A DNA stretch of 64,000 nucleotides. Origin: the human T2T-CHM13v2.0 reference genome, Homo sapiens. Shown piece by piece: positions 1-12,830 of the stretch; within the stretch, counting starts at the first letter, position 1; each line of letters begins with the position of its first letter. The position numbers and the translations under genes were made by a program. The notes under the pieces were generated by a model. That model worked only from the letters and a program-made list of their open reading frames with translations, did no database searches and was not told where the DNA came from. The DNA lies in the NCBI RefSeq assembly GCF_009914755.1, contig NC_060934.1; one strand, 5' to 3'.

Positions 1-660
<660 letters not shown>

Positions 661-724
661 ATTGAAAGGCACAGGTGTACAAGTGAAAAGGCAGGTGAGG
701 GTGATGTTGGTTTTCAATCATAAA

Positions 725-1185
725 TTTACCATTTATTTTGAGAATTTACTGGGTACCAGTCACTGTGCTAAGCTCTAGGGTTTCATAATGGTGGCAATAT
801 GGATATGTCTCCTGCCCATATGGAGTTTATTATCTGGAGAATAGACAGACACACATGAAGGAGTCACACAAATAAATATGAAAAGACTACTGTGGTAGGA
901 ATAGAAAATAGAGGTCCCTAGTGTTACATATAACAGAGAAGACTTTGCATGATGACATGAAGACATCATGGTTGAGTTGAGATTTGAAGGAGAAATAGGT
1001 AACTAGGCAAATGGGTGGTGGTGGTGGAGAGTGCAAGGGCATCAGGCAGGGGAGGAAGATGGGCTGAAAGACCTGGGTGTGTTTATGTGTCTGGTTGGAG
1101 GCCCCAAATCTGAGGTTTTGTAGGCAGTGCTGAGAATTTTGCTTTGATCCTTAGAATAGTGGGAGGGCAATGAAGGGTTTGAAAG
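725..1185 (-). mobile_element. L2 LINE fragment
   Basis: atttattttgagaatttactgggtaccagtcactgtgctaagctctaggg...cctgcccatatggagttta resembles the antisense L2 3' end. Confidence 0.65.
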
Positions 1186-1439
1186 TGTGTGTCTGCACGT
1201 GCATGTGTGTGTGTGTAAGTGTGCATTTTGCACACATTTGTCCTCTGCACAGGGAGGTCAGGCCAGAAGGCTGGTGTTGATTTGGGTGTGGTTCTTGGGG
1301 AGACTTTGTGTTTTGCTGCAGGTGAACCTGGCCTTGGGACAGGAGCCATGGTAGATGCAATTGCAGTGACGGCACCAAGGACAGACCCCCAGGCCCTACA
1401 GGGAACAAGGAGAGGAGGCACTGGGGCCATGTTTGACAG

Positions 1440-1640
1440 TTTGTGAAGCCTTTTTATACTCATCCTCTTACTTCACTGCACAACAATTTGATGAGAGAGG
1501 AATTATTGTTTATATTTCTTAGAGTTTTCTACTTTCCGGAGAAGGAACCTGAGGATGAGAGAAGGTGGGCTGTGCTTGTGATTGTTTAACCAGGCAGTGA
1601 TGACACCAAGATGCGGTCCCTGGTCTTCCTGCTCTAAAGG
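1440..1640 (-). mobile_element. MIR
   Basis: Degenerate antisense core (gaaggaacctgaggatgagagaagg). Confidence 0.5.
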
Positions 1641-1884
1641 CCCCCTCTTCCTCCAATATAACCCGTAACCAGGAATCGTGTTATGGGTTAGAGGCATTTT
1701 CCCAGGCTCTAAATTCTCCCTGGGCTCCTGCTGCGGGGCCATTCCCTTGGTTCAGAGCAGCTGTTAAGACAACTGGGCCTGGCAGCTTAGGGCCCAACAA
1801 GAGTCTTGTGTGAAGACTGAAAACCCATCCAATGATTCTCAGTTGCTCTACACCCACCTGGGCAGACCCAGCCAGGAGCCTCCC

Positions 1885-2140
1885 AGAGGTGTGATGGAGA
1901 GAGCCCCAGACTTGGAGTTGGGCAGACCTGTGCCCCAATCCTGTGCTTCCACCTTGCAGCCATTGCGCTTGGGCAAATCGCTTAGACTTTCTGGGCCTCA
2001 GTTTGCTTAATGTGTAGAGGGCAGACTATAGTAGCGTCTACATTACCAGGTAGTTGTGAGAAGAGAATGGGAGAACTGTTTCAGGTGAAAATGCTATCCC
2101 TGTCTGGTTCATAGTAGGAGCTTAATAAATGCGAGTTGTT
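1885..2140 (+). mobile_element. MIR, near full length
   Basis: cttgggcaaatcgcttagactttctgggcctcagtttgcttaatgtg core and catagtaggagcttaataaatg tail. Confidence 0.8.
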
Positions 2141-2374
2141 GTGGCAGCAGCATTGTTCTTATCATTTACTAGGGGGAAAAGGTTAGTTGTACGGTTGTGG
2201 TGCCATTATCATCATCATTACTAGGGGGAAACAGACACATTGATTTATCCTGGAAAAGTTCTCTTTTCCTGCTGGCCAAACGCCTGACTTGGAACGACAC
2301 AGAGCTCTGAGGGTGCTTGCAGTTCCACACCATCTGGCTGATTTGTGGTAATAATCTTTTATGTGCATGGAGCA

Positions 2375-2850
2375 TTTTTTCCTTTGCAAAGCACCATCAC
2401 ATCTCTTATTCCATTTTATCCCCAAACAACCCTCTGAGGTTGGCCGGGCAGGGGTGATTATCCCCGTTTTCTAGATGGTGACTTGTAAAACAAACACAAT
2501 TTGCCCAAGATCACAAGGAAAGATGGTGATGAAAGGCAGGGTGAGAACTTGGCCAGGTCTCCTAACGTATTCGTAGGAGTGTGGGCAAGAGGCATAGGCT
2601 GACTCTGCAGCATTCTTTAAGAAATAATTTCAGCAGCCACTGTTTATTGAGCACCTACTGCATACTGGGCCTAAGGGGAGGGTAGGTGTGTCATGTATGT
2701 ATTTACTCATTTAATCTCCTCACCAATCCCATGGGGCTGATATTGTCCTCATTTTACTTATGAAGAGACCGAATCCCCCAGAAGTTAGGTTAGTGGCCCA
2801 AGATCCTTGAGCAGGTGAGTGAGATTTGGGATTTCCATTTGAGCCAAGAC
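2375..2850 (-). mobile_element. Two tandem antisense MIR elements (~2375-2565 and ~2630-2850)
   Basis: ttatccccgttttctagatg...tttgcccaagatcac and tttattgagcacctac...cctcattttacttatgaagagaccga. Confidence 0.7.
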
Positions 2851-4629
2851 AATGGCAAAATTGGCCCTCTCTTTACTCTCCTGTTTGCCCCTGAAAAGAG
2901 AAGAGGATGACAAAAAGGTGAGCAGCAGGAACTGCCAGAATGGACATGAGTTTGAGGAGTTTCCTATTTCTAAGTGGGCTAAATGAAACCTTTATCTTCA
3001 TGACGGTCGCTATCATGGCTGGGTTGATGTCTGGGTATCTGTTTAGGAGCTAACAGGTTTAGTTTTATTGTTTTGTCAAAATACTACAGAAATCAATATA
3101 TCTCCATAATTCAGTGTTATACCGAGAGGCATTTTTTTGCCATATATAGCAAAAATTGTATTATACTTTTGAGATCCTAGGTAATGATGACAAAGTGTCC
3201 TGTGTTCAATTCTAGCATTAACGTCTGGTTTGAACAAAGCTTGAAATATGATCTCAGAGCTAAAAGGCTTTAGTATTAAGATCTTTAACTGTAATTTATG
3301 TGACAGAAGATAGGGTTTAGCATAATAAAATGTAATGGGCTCTTCAAATGAAGAGGACGAGAGACAATTGAAAACAAGGTAAAAATGGTAATTTATAAAT
3401 AACGGTAAATCTACCTTTATGTTGTTACTTCATTTATTTTTGATTTGTTAGATAGGCTCTATAATTTCTCATTTTCCATGTTTCAGAACAGGGCATTTCT
3501 CAAATGGTGCCTATCTGAAATGAGAGCCCATAATCACCGTTAGCCTTAGCTTGCTATTTAAGGGATAAGAACATTTCCACCACAGTTCACGTTTTCCATT
3601 TATGCTAAGATTTGATCTGATTGATTCTATTGATCTCTTGTTCTCTCTTCCTTTGTCCCTTTTCCCTCTTGATATTTATGGGTTTATTCATATTTTTCAA
3701 ATCAGCTTCTACATTTAAATGCCATGATGTAAATTTGTATGAAAGTTGTGTGAACATTAAGGAATTTAGGCCAAACTCTAGAAAATTAAATTCACAGAAA
3801 GAAGAGCAAACGAATTTGTTAACCGCAGGGATGCCAGCACTATTATTCCTATGTGTTCAATTTTGTTTTGAGCTTCCCAGATGCCGAGGGCATGATGGTT
3901 CATGGAATTTTTATTACACTGTAGAAAATAAGGTAGCAATTCTTTGAGAAAGAGAGAATTTCCTGGAACTTAACTTGTGAGATCTTGAGTAATAAACTTT
4001 TATTTTTTAGTCTTGCATTCTCAAAATTTGTTTGCTTCAAGATTTGGAAATAAACAGACAGAAGTGATGTAGAAAATTAAGAAAAGTCTTAATATGACGT
4101 TTGGCCTCCAGGGCTATGTTTTTTGTTGCTGTCGTTTTTGGAAGAGCCTTGATTCAGTCAGTTTAGCAGCGATGAGCCCAGGCCCCCTGCTGCCAGCATT
4201 ATGTAGAAGTCTCGCCCCCAGGGTAGGAAAGACAGACATGGAAGAGAACTCAAATTAACTTCCCACTATTGCATTTGGTAAGGGCATTGGAACATATTCT
4301 GTACCATTTTTGAAGCATTCACTTTGACTTCAAAGTGATATAAGAGGAGTTAATTGGCCTGGATCTTCCCTCTCCTTCCCTTGGGGTTGAGATGGGTCTT
4401 GGCAGTGCAGGTCAAATGTGAAGGTGTTTCTGTCTTGGACCAGTTGATGGACTTCCTGTGACGTCACCAAATGCATTCATGCTACCCACTCTTACATTGC
4501 ACTTGCCTACTGGGGATGACTTTTGCCTGAAGACCTCCCAAGCCCTACAGATCTGTCTTGATTATAGTTTTCTCCATCTCTCCAGGCAGTGATTTTCTAT
4601 TTTATTAAATAAAATAAAATAAAAACTAG

Positions 4630-4747
4630 TTTTTTTTAGAGACAGGGTTTGCTATGGTGCCTAGGCTGGTCTTGAACTCCTGGACTCAAGGGATCCTTCT
4701 GCCTCAGCCTCATGAGTAGCTGGGGTTATAGGCACAGGCCACCCAAG
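4630..4747 (-). mobile_element. FLAM / Alu left monomer
   Basis: tttttagagacagggtttgctatggtgcctaggctggtcttgaactcctggactcaagggatcc; single monomer only. Confidence 0.85.
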
Positions 4748-4899
4748 CAGTGACTGCTGAGATGTAAATGTCTTGGGAAGGTGGGGGAATCTGCTATCAG
4801 ACACTAGTGGTCCTGGTAAAGTAGTTGGTGGGAACTACTTTACCAGGGCCATTTCCTCCCATGGTGGGAAGAGCTTCGGGTGGGTGCTTTTAGGTCTTC

Positions 4900-5260
4900 C
4901 AAGCAGAACAGGAATCTAATGCAGGGGATTGGAGGTTCTTACGGTCAGCAGAAGCGCTGGGAAGCAGCTGCTTGGTAGGTGATTCAGTGTCTCCCTCAAC
5001 AAGTGCCCATCCTGGGTCTCTGTAACCTCAGCAGGGCTGCCTTTGCGCTTGCTTGTAGCTCCAAAGCGGGTGACTTAATCTCAGTCCCTAGATTTGATCT
5101 CTGTCCACCTATCTGCCTGCATCTGCCACCAGAGATCAATAAGGACTTCTCCCTTCTTTCCTCCTTCCAGATCTTACACAGCAAGTTCATTGGTTGACCC
5201 TAACCCAGAGGCACACGGGAACAGGGGTTCTGGGAAATGTGGCTTTTCCCTGCAGGGCAG
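4900..5260. mobile_element. Degenerate MLT1-type (MaLR) LTR fragment
   Basis: ttcattggttgaccctaacccagagg...ggggttctgggaaatgtggcttt resembles old MLT1 LTR sequence. Confidence 0.4.
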
Positions 5261-5619
5261 AGGCGTGGAAGGTGAGGCTGGGATGCTCAGGGGCCAGTGA
5301 GAGCCCAGGGCATTTCCTTATCTCTGTCCAGGGACTGTGGCCTTCCTCTCCTTCCCCCAATGCCACCAGCCCATGAGGGCCTGGTTATGGGTGCAGGGTA
5401 GAAGATCTGTGCTGGGTATGGCCATGCTCAAATTTCCACTCTCCTACCCCAGCCTTCTCCAGTTTCCGGGGTCTGGTTTTCTTTCCTCTCTTAAAGTCCT
5501 GGAGTGCTCTGGTGTCAGCGTTGGTGTCACTCTTAGGGGAATCTGACCCCTGAGACTGGGCAGGCCCCATTGTTTGCTCTTATGGGACCCCGTGTGTCTC
5601 CTTCATGGCATGCATCCCA

Positions 5620-5780
5620 TCTGCAGCTCAGTGCTTATCTGTGGAAGGACTTGTTTACTGTTCTGGGTCCCTGCTCGGCTAAATTCCACGAGGTCAGGAA
5701 TTGTGTCTTTCTTGTTCACATCTCTATTCCCAGAATTCCTCACAGCGTGGCCCTCAAAAAATATTGTTTGAGTGGAGGGG
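5620..5780 (+). mobile_element. L2 3' end
   Basis: aaattccacgaggtcaggaattgtgtctttcttgttcacatctctattcccag. Confidence 0.65.
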
Positions 5781-8700
5781 TAAAGTCACGTTGTCCATTT
5801 TTTTTCAAAGCTAGATCACTGCTTAGGAAGCTTGGTAGGACAGTTAATGATGAAATTTAATAAGAATGGTTCATCATTTCTCCCTAGTGGTAAAGAACTC
5901 CACCATTTACAAATCGCTTTCTCTGTATTCATTCGTTCGGTCATTCATGCATTCATCTAGGAAGTCTTTTTGAAATGTCTACCATGTACCTGACAGAGTA
6001 GGTCTGCTGTTTACTGAGTGATTTTACAAACTTAAGATAGGCTCAGCACCATGGAGGGATGGCTTATTTCTAAGTGGCTGAGAATCAACATATACCTACC
6101 TTATTACTTTGCCAAAGGCCCCAGCACTGGGCCTTTGGGTGCCTCAAGGAATATGTAAATGTAAACAAAATAAGTGACGGTAGTAATTATTATCAGTTGT
6201 CCTGGTTATACCCTCTAAGTGGTAGATTCAGAGAAAATGAGTTTTAGGAATAGAGTCATCAGTAAAAACTGATGATTGAAAGCAGGTATAATTATGATTT
6301 TTAGCGTCTTCACTCCTCTTGGTGCAAATGCAGTGTATTTAGAATTGATTCTGTGCTTTTGAAAATATCAGCCTGCTGAAATCCCTTATTAGCAGGAACT
6401 CACTGTGGATTAAATGAAATTCTATAGCCTAAGGAAATGTATCTGTGGCTCAATAGTCTGGACACATGAGAAGTGTTACACAAGGGAATGTGATTTATGA
6501 AAAAGTTTTCTGACTTGGCTGCAGTTTTCCTTGAGTCCATAAATGCCAAAACGTTTAGGCAATAGTCTAAATATTTACCTGCTGGGCGTGAACTGTCATA
6601 GTAAGGGCTGGGTGTTGGAAAGCCACAAGCGGTGGGGGTGAAGGGGCGTCCTTGACCCATGCTGCCCCACGGCTCTCTCTCGGGCCTCCCTTCCCGACCC
6701 CTCTCCCTCCCACCCCTTCATCGGGCTGCTTTCTGGAGATCTCAGGCCTGTGCCAGCCCCACCTCTGCTGGGCAAAGCAAGTGAGGAGATGCTGCCTCTC
6801 AAAAGAGAGACCCAGCAGAGCCCTGAATCTTGCAGCTAGCTTGGCATGTTTTTAGTTCCAGGGTCCAATCAACACTAGGTCTCCCAGCTGTAAGAGAACT
6901 CCCTGAGACACTTTTTTGTGGCTTTGTTGCAAGGCTAAAAGGACAGTTGTGTGATCCCAATAGAAATGTCTGCAGGCTTGAGTTCAGTTGAGTCCTCAGC
7001 AGAAACTGGCAGTTGTATCAAGGAGCTGTTTGCTCTGTGCTGTCACCCATTCTAGCCAGAGGCATCGGAAGGGGCAACTCTGCCCTAACTCCTCCTTGGT
7101 CAATGCTGGCAAAGAGATGCCAACAGGGTGAGGCCGATCATGGTTCTCAAGATGGGGCCACCCTGGTCAAAGGTTCTTGGAGGTCTCATGTCCTGGGCTG
7201 GGGGCAGCAGGAAGATCGATGCTGCATTGAAGGCACTGGCCGCTAGTATTCAGTAAAGAATGGGTTCCATCCTGGCTGACTTGGAAAGTTTTGGACATTT
7301 CCATGTAACTGTCATATTGAAGCTGGTTCACTGAGTTCTTCCTCGGCCTTTGAATTGCTGATTTTTTTTTTCCAGTTAAAAAAGGACAAGTAAACTGATG
7401 AGCTCTTGGGTGGCATGTGCTGTTCTCAGCCATGGGAGGTGGTGGTAAGCTGGGGCCACACGGCATGCTGGGTGACTGTTGAATTCAGCCAAGGCCATGC
7501 TGAGCAGGAGGGGGCATGGCAGAGTCACACGTGTAGAAGAAGGTGCCCGCCTGAGAAGGTGAGAATGGAAATGTTTCCTTGATGGGTTTGCACAGCTCCC
7601 TGGAAAGAGGAGACTTGCTGAGAGCAGCAAGGAGACAGCAAGGCTTCACAGCTGCAGCACACTGTCTGAATCAGTGCTTGCCCCTGTGGAGTTCTGTATG
7701 GATTTTATAACAAGCCTGTGACACTGGCACCATGTGCCTGCCATGGGCCACCACGGAGACCTGCCGAGTTCCCATGAGGAATTTGGGGTATGGGGGCCTC
7801 CTGCTTTGGTGCCATCCCTAGTGATCTCTGCTTGGAGCTCGTATTTCTCCCTTTACCTTTGAGTGGGACCACGCCCCTCTGCTTGCCCAAGGCTCCCTGT
7901 GCCTCCTGACTCTTCTCTGCTACCTGAAACCCTCCTCGACTCCTCCCTCTCCCTCTGCATTCCCCAGGGTCTTCAGGGTCAAGCTCAAGGTTTGCCTCAC
8001 CCCCAAAACCCTCCTCAGCCACATTGCCTAATTTATTCCTTTTGCCCAAATTCTATAACTGAGATGAGACTGGATCATCTAAGCGGCCCCAGGGAGGCAG
8101 CCCAGGGGCAATTAGAGCATTGTGTCTATGGAAACACACATAGTACTGGCATCCCCCCCACCAAGCTCTGTACCCTGTGAAACCCTGGGCCCACGTCTAT
8201 TTCCAGCCATCCCTGCTCCCAGGAATCACGCCATTCCTCCACAGTTTAGGTACCCGGCCTTGACCTTTACCCCAGCAATTCCATCCAGGTATTTCAGAAT
8301 GCTTTGCAACATGCAGGTGGCTTCTTAGGAGTGGGGGTATTTGCCAACAAACCAACCATGAGCCTGCATCCAAAGAAAGCCTTCTACAGCCACATGAAGA
8401 CAGTGTGATGCTCTCGATGCTTGGGAAGGCCTCGCAAGGCACATGGGGGCAGTGATTGAAGGAGTCAAAGAGAATTTCATCTGCACACATGGTGGCGGCT
8501 AGCTGTCCAGTGTGCAAATCCAAAGACGTCTCCAGTTACACCTATGCTTCCCAGCCCTTCTTTCCTCCTGTGATGGAGTTAACCCCTCCCTCCCCAGTGG
8601 TCCACAAAACAATAGGCTTTCCCAGTTGTTCTCAAGAGCTCCTCTCCCCATCCACCTGAGGGCTCCCAGCCATAAGCCCTCTACCTGAGGTCTCAAAGGG

Positions 8701-9103
8701 GTCTGGAAAGGCTCTGGGCAAGCCGACAGCAACCGATGTGAAAATAGGTGGTTCACTCGCACACTCAGCTCCCCATCTGGTCCACTCTAGTTATTTATTT
8801 CAAAAATCTGAAAGCAGCTTTTTTATACACAAGTTTCCTTATGTGGGGAAAATGTATGTGAATGACATTTGTTCTCATTGGGGTGGAATTGAAGATATCT
8901 TTAGGTGTCACTTAATATTCAGTGCTGAAAGGGCCTTTTCACCCTTAACTAATTTTTCTAGGATTTCTATGGGACCAAAGTGGGCAAGGGGACAAGTATA
9001 TTTGGTTCTGGGGGGCTCTTATCTCCCAGCATCGCCTTGCATTGACTCCTTTCAAAGTAGAAAACCCTCCCAGTCTGTTATTTCTAGAAGGAAGCCTTGC
9101 CTT

Positions 9104-9280
9104 TATCATCATCTCACTACCATAATCACCATCATTATCATCACCATCATCATCACCATTATCACCACCACTATCATCATGATCACCATCATCATCACCA
9201 TCATCATCGTCATCACCACCATCACCGCCACCACCATCATCATCATCCTCGTTGTCATCATCATCAACATCAACATCATC
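9104..9280. repeat. Compound (CAT)n/(CAC)n trinucleotide microsatellite
   Basis: Direct reading; it produces the poly-His, poly-Ile/Thr and poly-Asp/Gly ORFs in the track. Confidence 0.97.
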
Positions 9281-10559
9281 TTTTACTAAAGTGAGAGATA
9301 GGGCCAAGTCCATTGAACTGTGTACCTTTAATTCCGACAAGCTTTCCCTTCCTCTCACTTTCTCCAGCACTTTTCTGAGCTTCTGGTATAACAAGTTTTA
9401 GAATTTGATTACAGCACCATCTACTGGGTACTAGACTTCCCATTTTTCTAGGCCTTTCCTATACGTTGATGTTTGCTTCTTCTTTCTGTTTTTCCTCCGC
9501 TCTCTCCTGCTTTTTCCCCCATGAAAGTAACAATTGTTAGTTTGAAAAGGTTCCATCAATTAATTCCTAAAAGTGAAGCTCTTCTAAAATGAGGAAAAGC
9601 TTAACATCCCTTGCCAATAAATACAAAGACAATGGCCGATGCTTACTGCAATGCATTTCATATAATTATTTCCCACGATCAATAATCTCATCAGTAGGCT
9701 CAGTGATGGGGACATCACGGTAATGAATGGCTGGGTCCAGCGGCCATCAGAAGTGCTGTCCTTATCCCTGTCACCTCTGAGCTGCCCAAGGGCATGACGG
9801 GAATCAGGGCTCTGCCTGGCCAAAGGATTAATCATAGTTATCCCCAACTCATATTCGTGTAATTTGCCTTCCTAATGCAGCCTGCCCTGAATTGATCAGC
9901 ATGGATTTCTTGCTGCACAATAGGCCACTCTTGTGGTGTAGAGAAGAGTGAGAAGGACTCTGTGTACATGGCAGGGAAGGGTCAAATTGGATTAGTCACG
10001 CTCAGGAAGTAACAAAAACTGAATCACACCAGACCACTGCTGAAGCATGTTTCTGGAAGCCAGGCTAGAACTTCTGGGGACTTTGGGAAGGGAAGGAGAG
10101 ACGGCTCCATGCACTCACAGTGTTCTTTAGGGGCCAGGCAGAGACGTGGGCCTCCCCGTCTCAGTCAGGGCCACAGGAGGAGCAAGGAGCAAGGACAGCA
10201 GGAAAAGGGACTTTCTTGTTGTGATCTTTTAATTCCCAGTTCCTAAAGGGCACCTACTGTGCTTTTCCAGAGACCTTTAAAAGAAAAGTCCCAGGATTTG
10301 GAACTCTGAGGTGCTGCCTACTATGGAATATGCAGGGATGGAGGCCATGGCTTCACAGTTGCAACTGAGTGGCTCAAATCAAATGCAAACCGCAGGATCC
10401 TTCCTTTTGCCATAGCAAAGGCTACTTAACCTCTCCATTTCTTTCACTCTGGATGTAGTTGTGGTGGGTAGTAGGGAAAAGTCTCCATCCATGGAGTATT
10501 TCCTACTCTTAGACAATGTTTCCCAAGTTTGGCCTGGCTGGTCCATTTGGGGATTGGAT

Positions 10560-11310
10560 CTTACTGCTCTCCACATACTCTGAACCTTTTCTCACCTCAG
10601 TGCCTTTGCATAGGCTGGTCCCTCTGCCTGGAATGCCTTTCTCTCCGTTCTTTCCCTGTAAAACTCAGCTCAATTGGCAGCTTCGAGGTGAAACCCTTAT
10701 TGTCTCCCAGCAATTAGTCTGAATCCTGTTGTATCTGGTTCGTCCCTGGGGTGTAGGATGTGCCACCTTCCCTTTTAGTTACTTGTCTGGTGCCTTCCTT
10801 CCTATTGAGCCAAGAGACAGGAGACCCCACCCCTTCTACCGTGGTGTCTGTACTAGTTTGTTCTAGCATTGCTACAAAGAAATACCTGAGACTGGGTAAT
10901 TTATAAAGAAAAGAGGTTTAATTGGCTCACGATTCTGCAGGCTGTACAGAAAATGTTATTCTAACATCTGCTTGGCTTCTGGGGAAGCCTCAGGAAACTT
11001 ACATTCATGGTGGAAGAGGAAGTGGGAGCCAGCACTTTACATGGCTGGAAGAGGAGGAAGAGAGAGAGGGAGGAGGCGCCACACTTAAACAACCAAATCT
11101 CAAGAGAACTCACTCACTATACCGTGCCAAGTGGGGATGGGGCTAAACCATTCACGAAAACTCCACCCTCATGATCCAGTCACCTCCCACCAGGCCTCCA
11201 ACACTGGGGATTATAATTTGACATGTGATTTGGGTGGGGCCACAGATCTAAACCACATCAGTGTCTCTGTATCCTTGTAGCCTAGCACACAGTGCTCTCA
11301 ATCTCAGTTT
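10560..11310 (+). mobile_element. L2 3' fragment split by the MSTA LTR
   Basis: cctcagtgcctttgcataggctggtccctctgcctggaatgcc upstream; tctgtatccttgtagcctagcacacagtgctctcaa resumes after the LTR. Confidence 0.65.
10849..11260 (-). mobile_element. MSTA-type MaLR solo LTR
   Basis: TGTACTAG...AAACCACATCA termini; aagaaatacctgagactgggtaatttataaagaaaagagg; perfect 5-bp TSD GTGTC (10844-10848 / 11261-11265). Confidence 0.93.
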
Positions 11311-12560
11311 GTTCATTTGTTAGCTCACTTGTACTGAGTGTACTGAGCACCGGCTTGGTTCTTAATGCTGGGGACATGGTGATAAACAAAGTGGTCTGCT
11401 TCTGTCCCTGTGCAGCATGTAATCTCGTGGAGGAGGCAGACGTTAGTTGAATAGCCCCATAGGTCTATTCAACAGGAGGATGAGGGCCTCAGAGACATTC
11501 AGCAAGCACAATAGGAACTGACCTGGTATATCAGGGGAGGCTTCCTGAAGCAGGTGACTTTTGACCTGAAATCCACAGGGTGGGGCAGAGGGACAGAATG
11601 AAGGTGGGTGAGAGAGTGGGTAGGGAAAGTGTGTCAGCAAAGGGAAGGTCTTGCAGGAAGGGTCTGATCATGAAGATGTTTGGCAGGTATGGGTTGAGTT
11701 GCATCTCCCTAAAAACTGCTCAGTCCTGGTACCCGTGAATGCAACCTCATTTGGAAATAGGGTCTTTGCAGATGTTATCAAGTGAAGATGAGGTCATATT
11801 GAAGTAGGTTGGGCCCTAAATCCTATATGACTTGTGTCCTTATAAGAAGAGTGGAGGGAGACACACAGGGAGGAGAATGCCATGTGAGGACACAGACACA
11901 CGAGGGAGGTCGCCTTGTGACAGTGGAGGCAGAGAGGGAAGTGCTGCAGCTGGAAGCCCAGAAACCCCAAGGGCTACCAGCCACCCCTGGAAGCCACGAG
12001 AGGCAAGAAAATGTCCTCCCCTCCAGCCTGCATAGGGAGTGGGGCAAAATCCACACCTTAATTTTGGACTTCTGGCCTCTAGACGGGGAGAGAATAAATT
12101 TCTGCTGTTTTAAGCCACTAGGTTTGTGGAGATTTGTTATGGCAGTTCTAGGGAATATAGAAATGGTAGGTTTGGGGAAATGAGAGTGTGGCACAGCGTG
12201 GCTGGTCTGAGGAGCGGGGAGGAGAGAGGAGAATGAGATGAGGCTGGCAGTGTGGGCAGCAGCCAGCATCATGGCGGCGTGTTGGTTGTATTCAGGATGT
12301 GCTTTTCATCCTAAGAGCAGTGCATTTTAGGAACACACCCTTCTCTGCTGCGGTATGGGGTGCCCTGGAGGCCAGGACTGAGAGCAGTGTGGATGGATCC
12401 GGGTGGCTGGTGATGTCCTAAACTAGGTGGCAATGGAAGGAAGCTGAGGGATGGGAGAAATAAATGGTAAATGGTTGAATTTGGAATAAATAAGGGAATG
12501 AGTGGGACCATGCCATCTGCAGAGGAAGAATGAAGACCGACTTTCAGGAGAAACTCCCTG
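11310..12560 (-). mobile_element. L2 fragment interrupted by the MLT1C-like LTR
   Basis: tgctggggacatggtgataaacaaag...ggaggcttcctgaagcaggtgacttttgacctga; L2-like text resumes after ~12160. Confidence 0.6.
11685..12160 (+). mobile_element. MLT1C/B-type MaLR LTR
   Basis: tttggaaatagggtctttgcagatg...gagagaataaatttctgctgttttaagccactaggtttgtggagatttgttatggcag. Confidence 0.88.
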
Positions 12561-12689
12561 CATTCTGGAGCAGAGGAGTGACCTTGGGACCGAAGAAGGG
12601 TTGTTACCTCTCTTCTATAACAAGGATGATTTAAGTATCATCATTATGGGTCCTGCCCTAAAGGTCCCCACAGCAACGTCATGCTATCT

Positions 12690-12830
12690 CATGAAAGCTG
12701 CCAAGAGGCTGCTGCTGTCCCCAGGCTACAGATGGGACAGCCTTAGAGAGGTTCAGTAACTTCCCTCATGTCCCCAGGGATGGCAAAGTGCTAGCACTGG
12801 AAACCAGTTCTCCATGCTTCCTCAATGCCT
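12690..12830 (-). mobile_element. MIR
   Basis: ctacagatgggacagccttagagaggttcagtaacttccc. Confidence 0.55.

Noticed and set aside
2135-2232. Short diverged duplication ending TACTAGGGGGAAA
   Set aside because: Small old tandem duplication at a MIR tail with no sign of function.
8738-9394. Long ORFs (183 aa +, 149 aa -, poly-His 65 aa)
   Set aside because: Their length comes from a stop-free trinucleotide repeat; no recognisable domain, and non-ATG starts.
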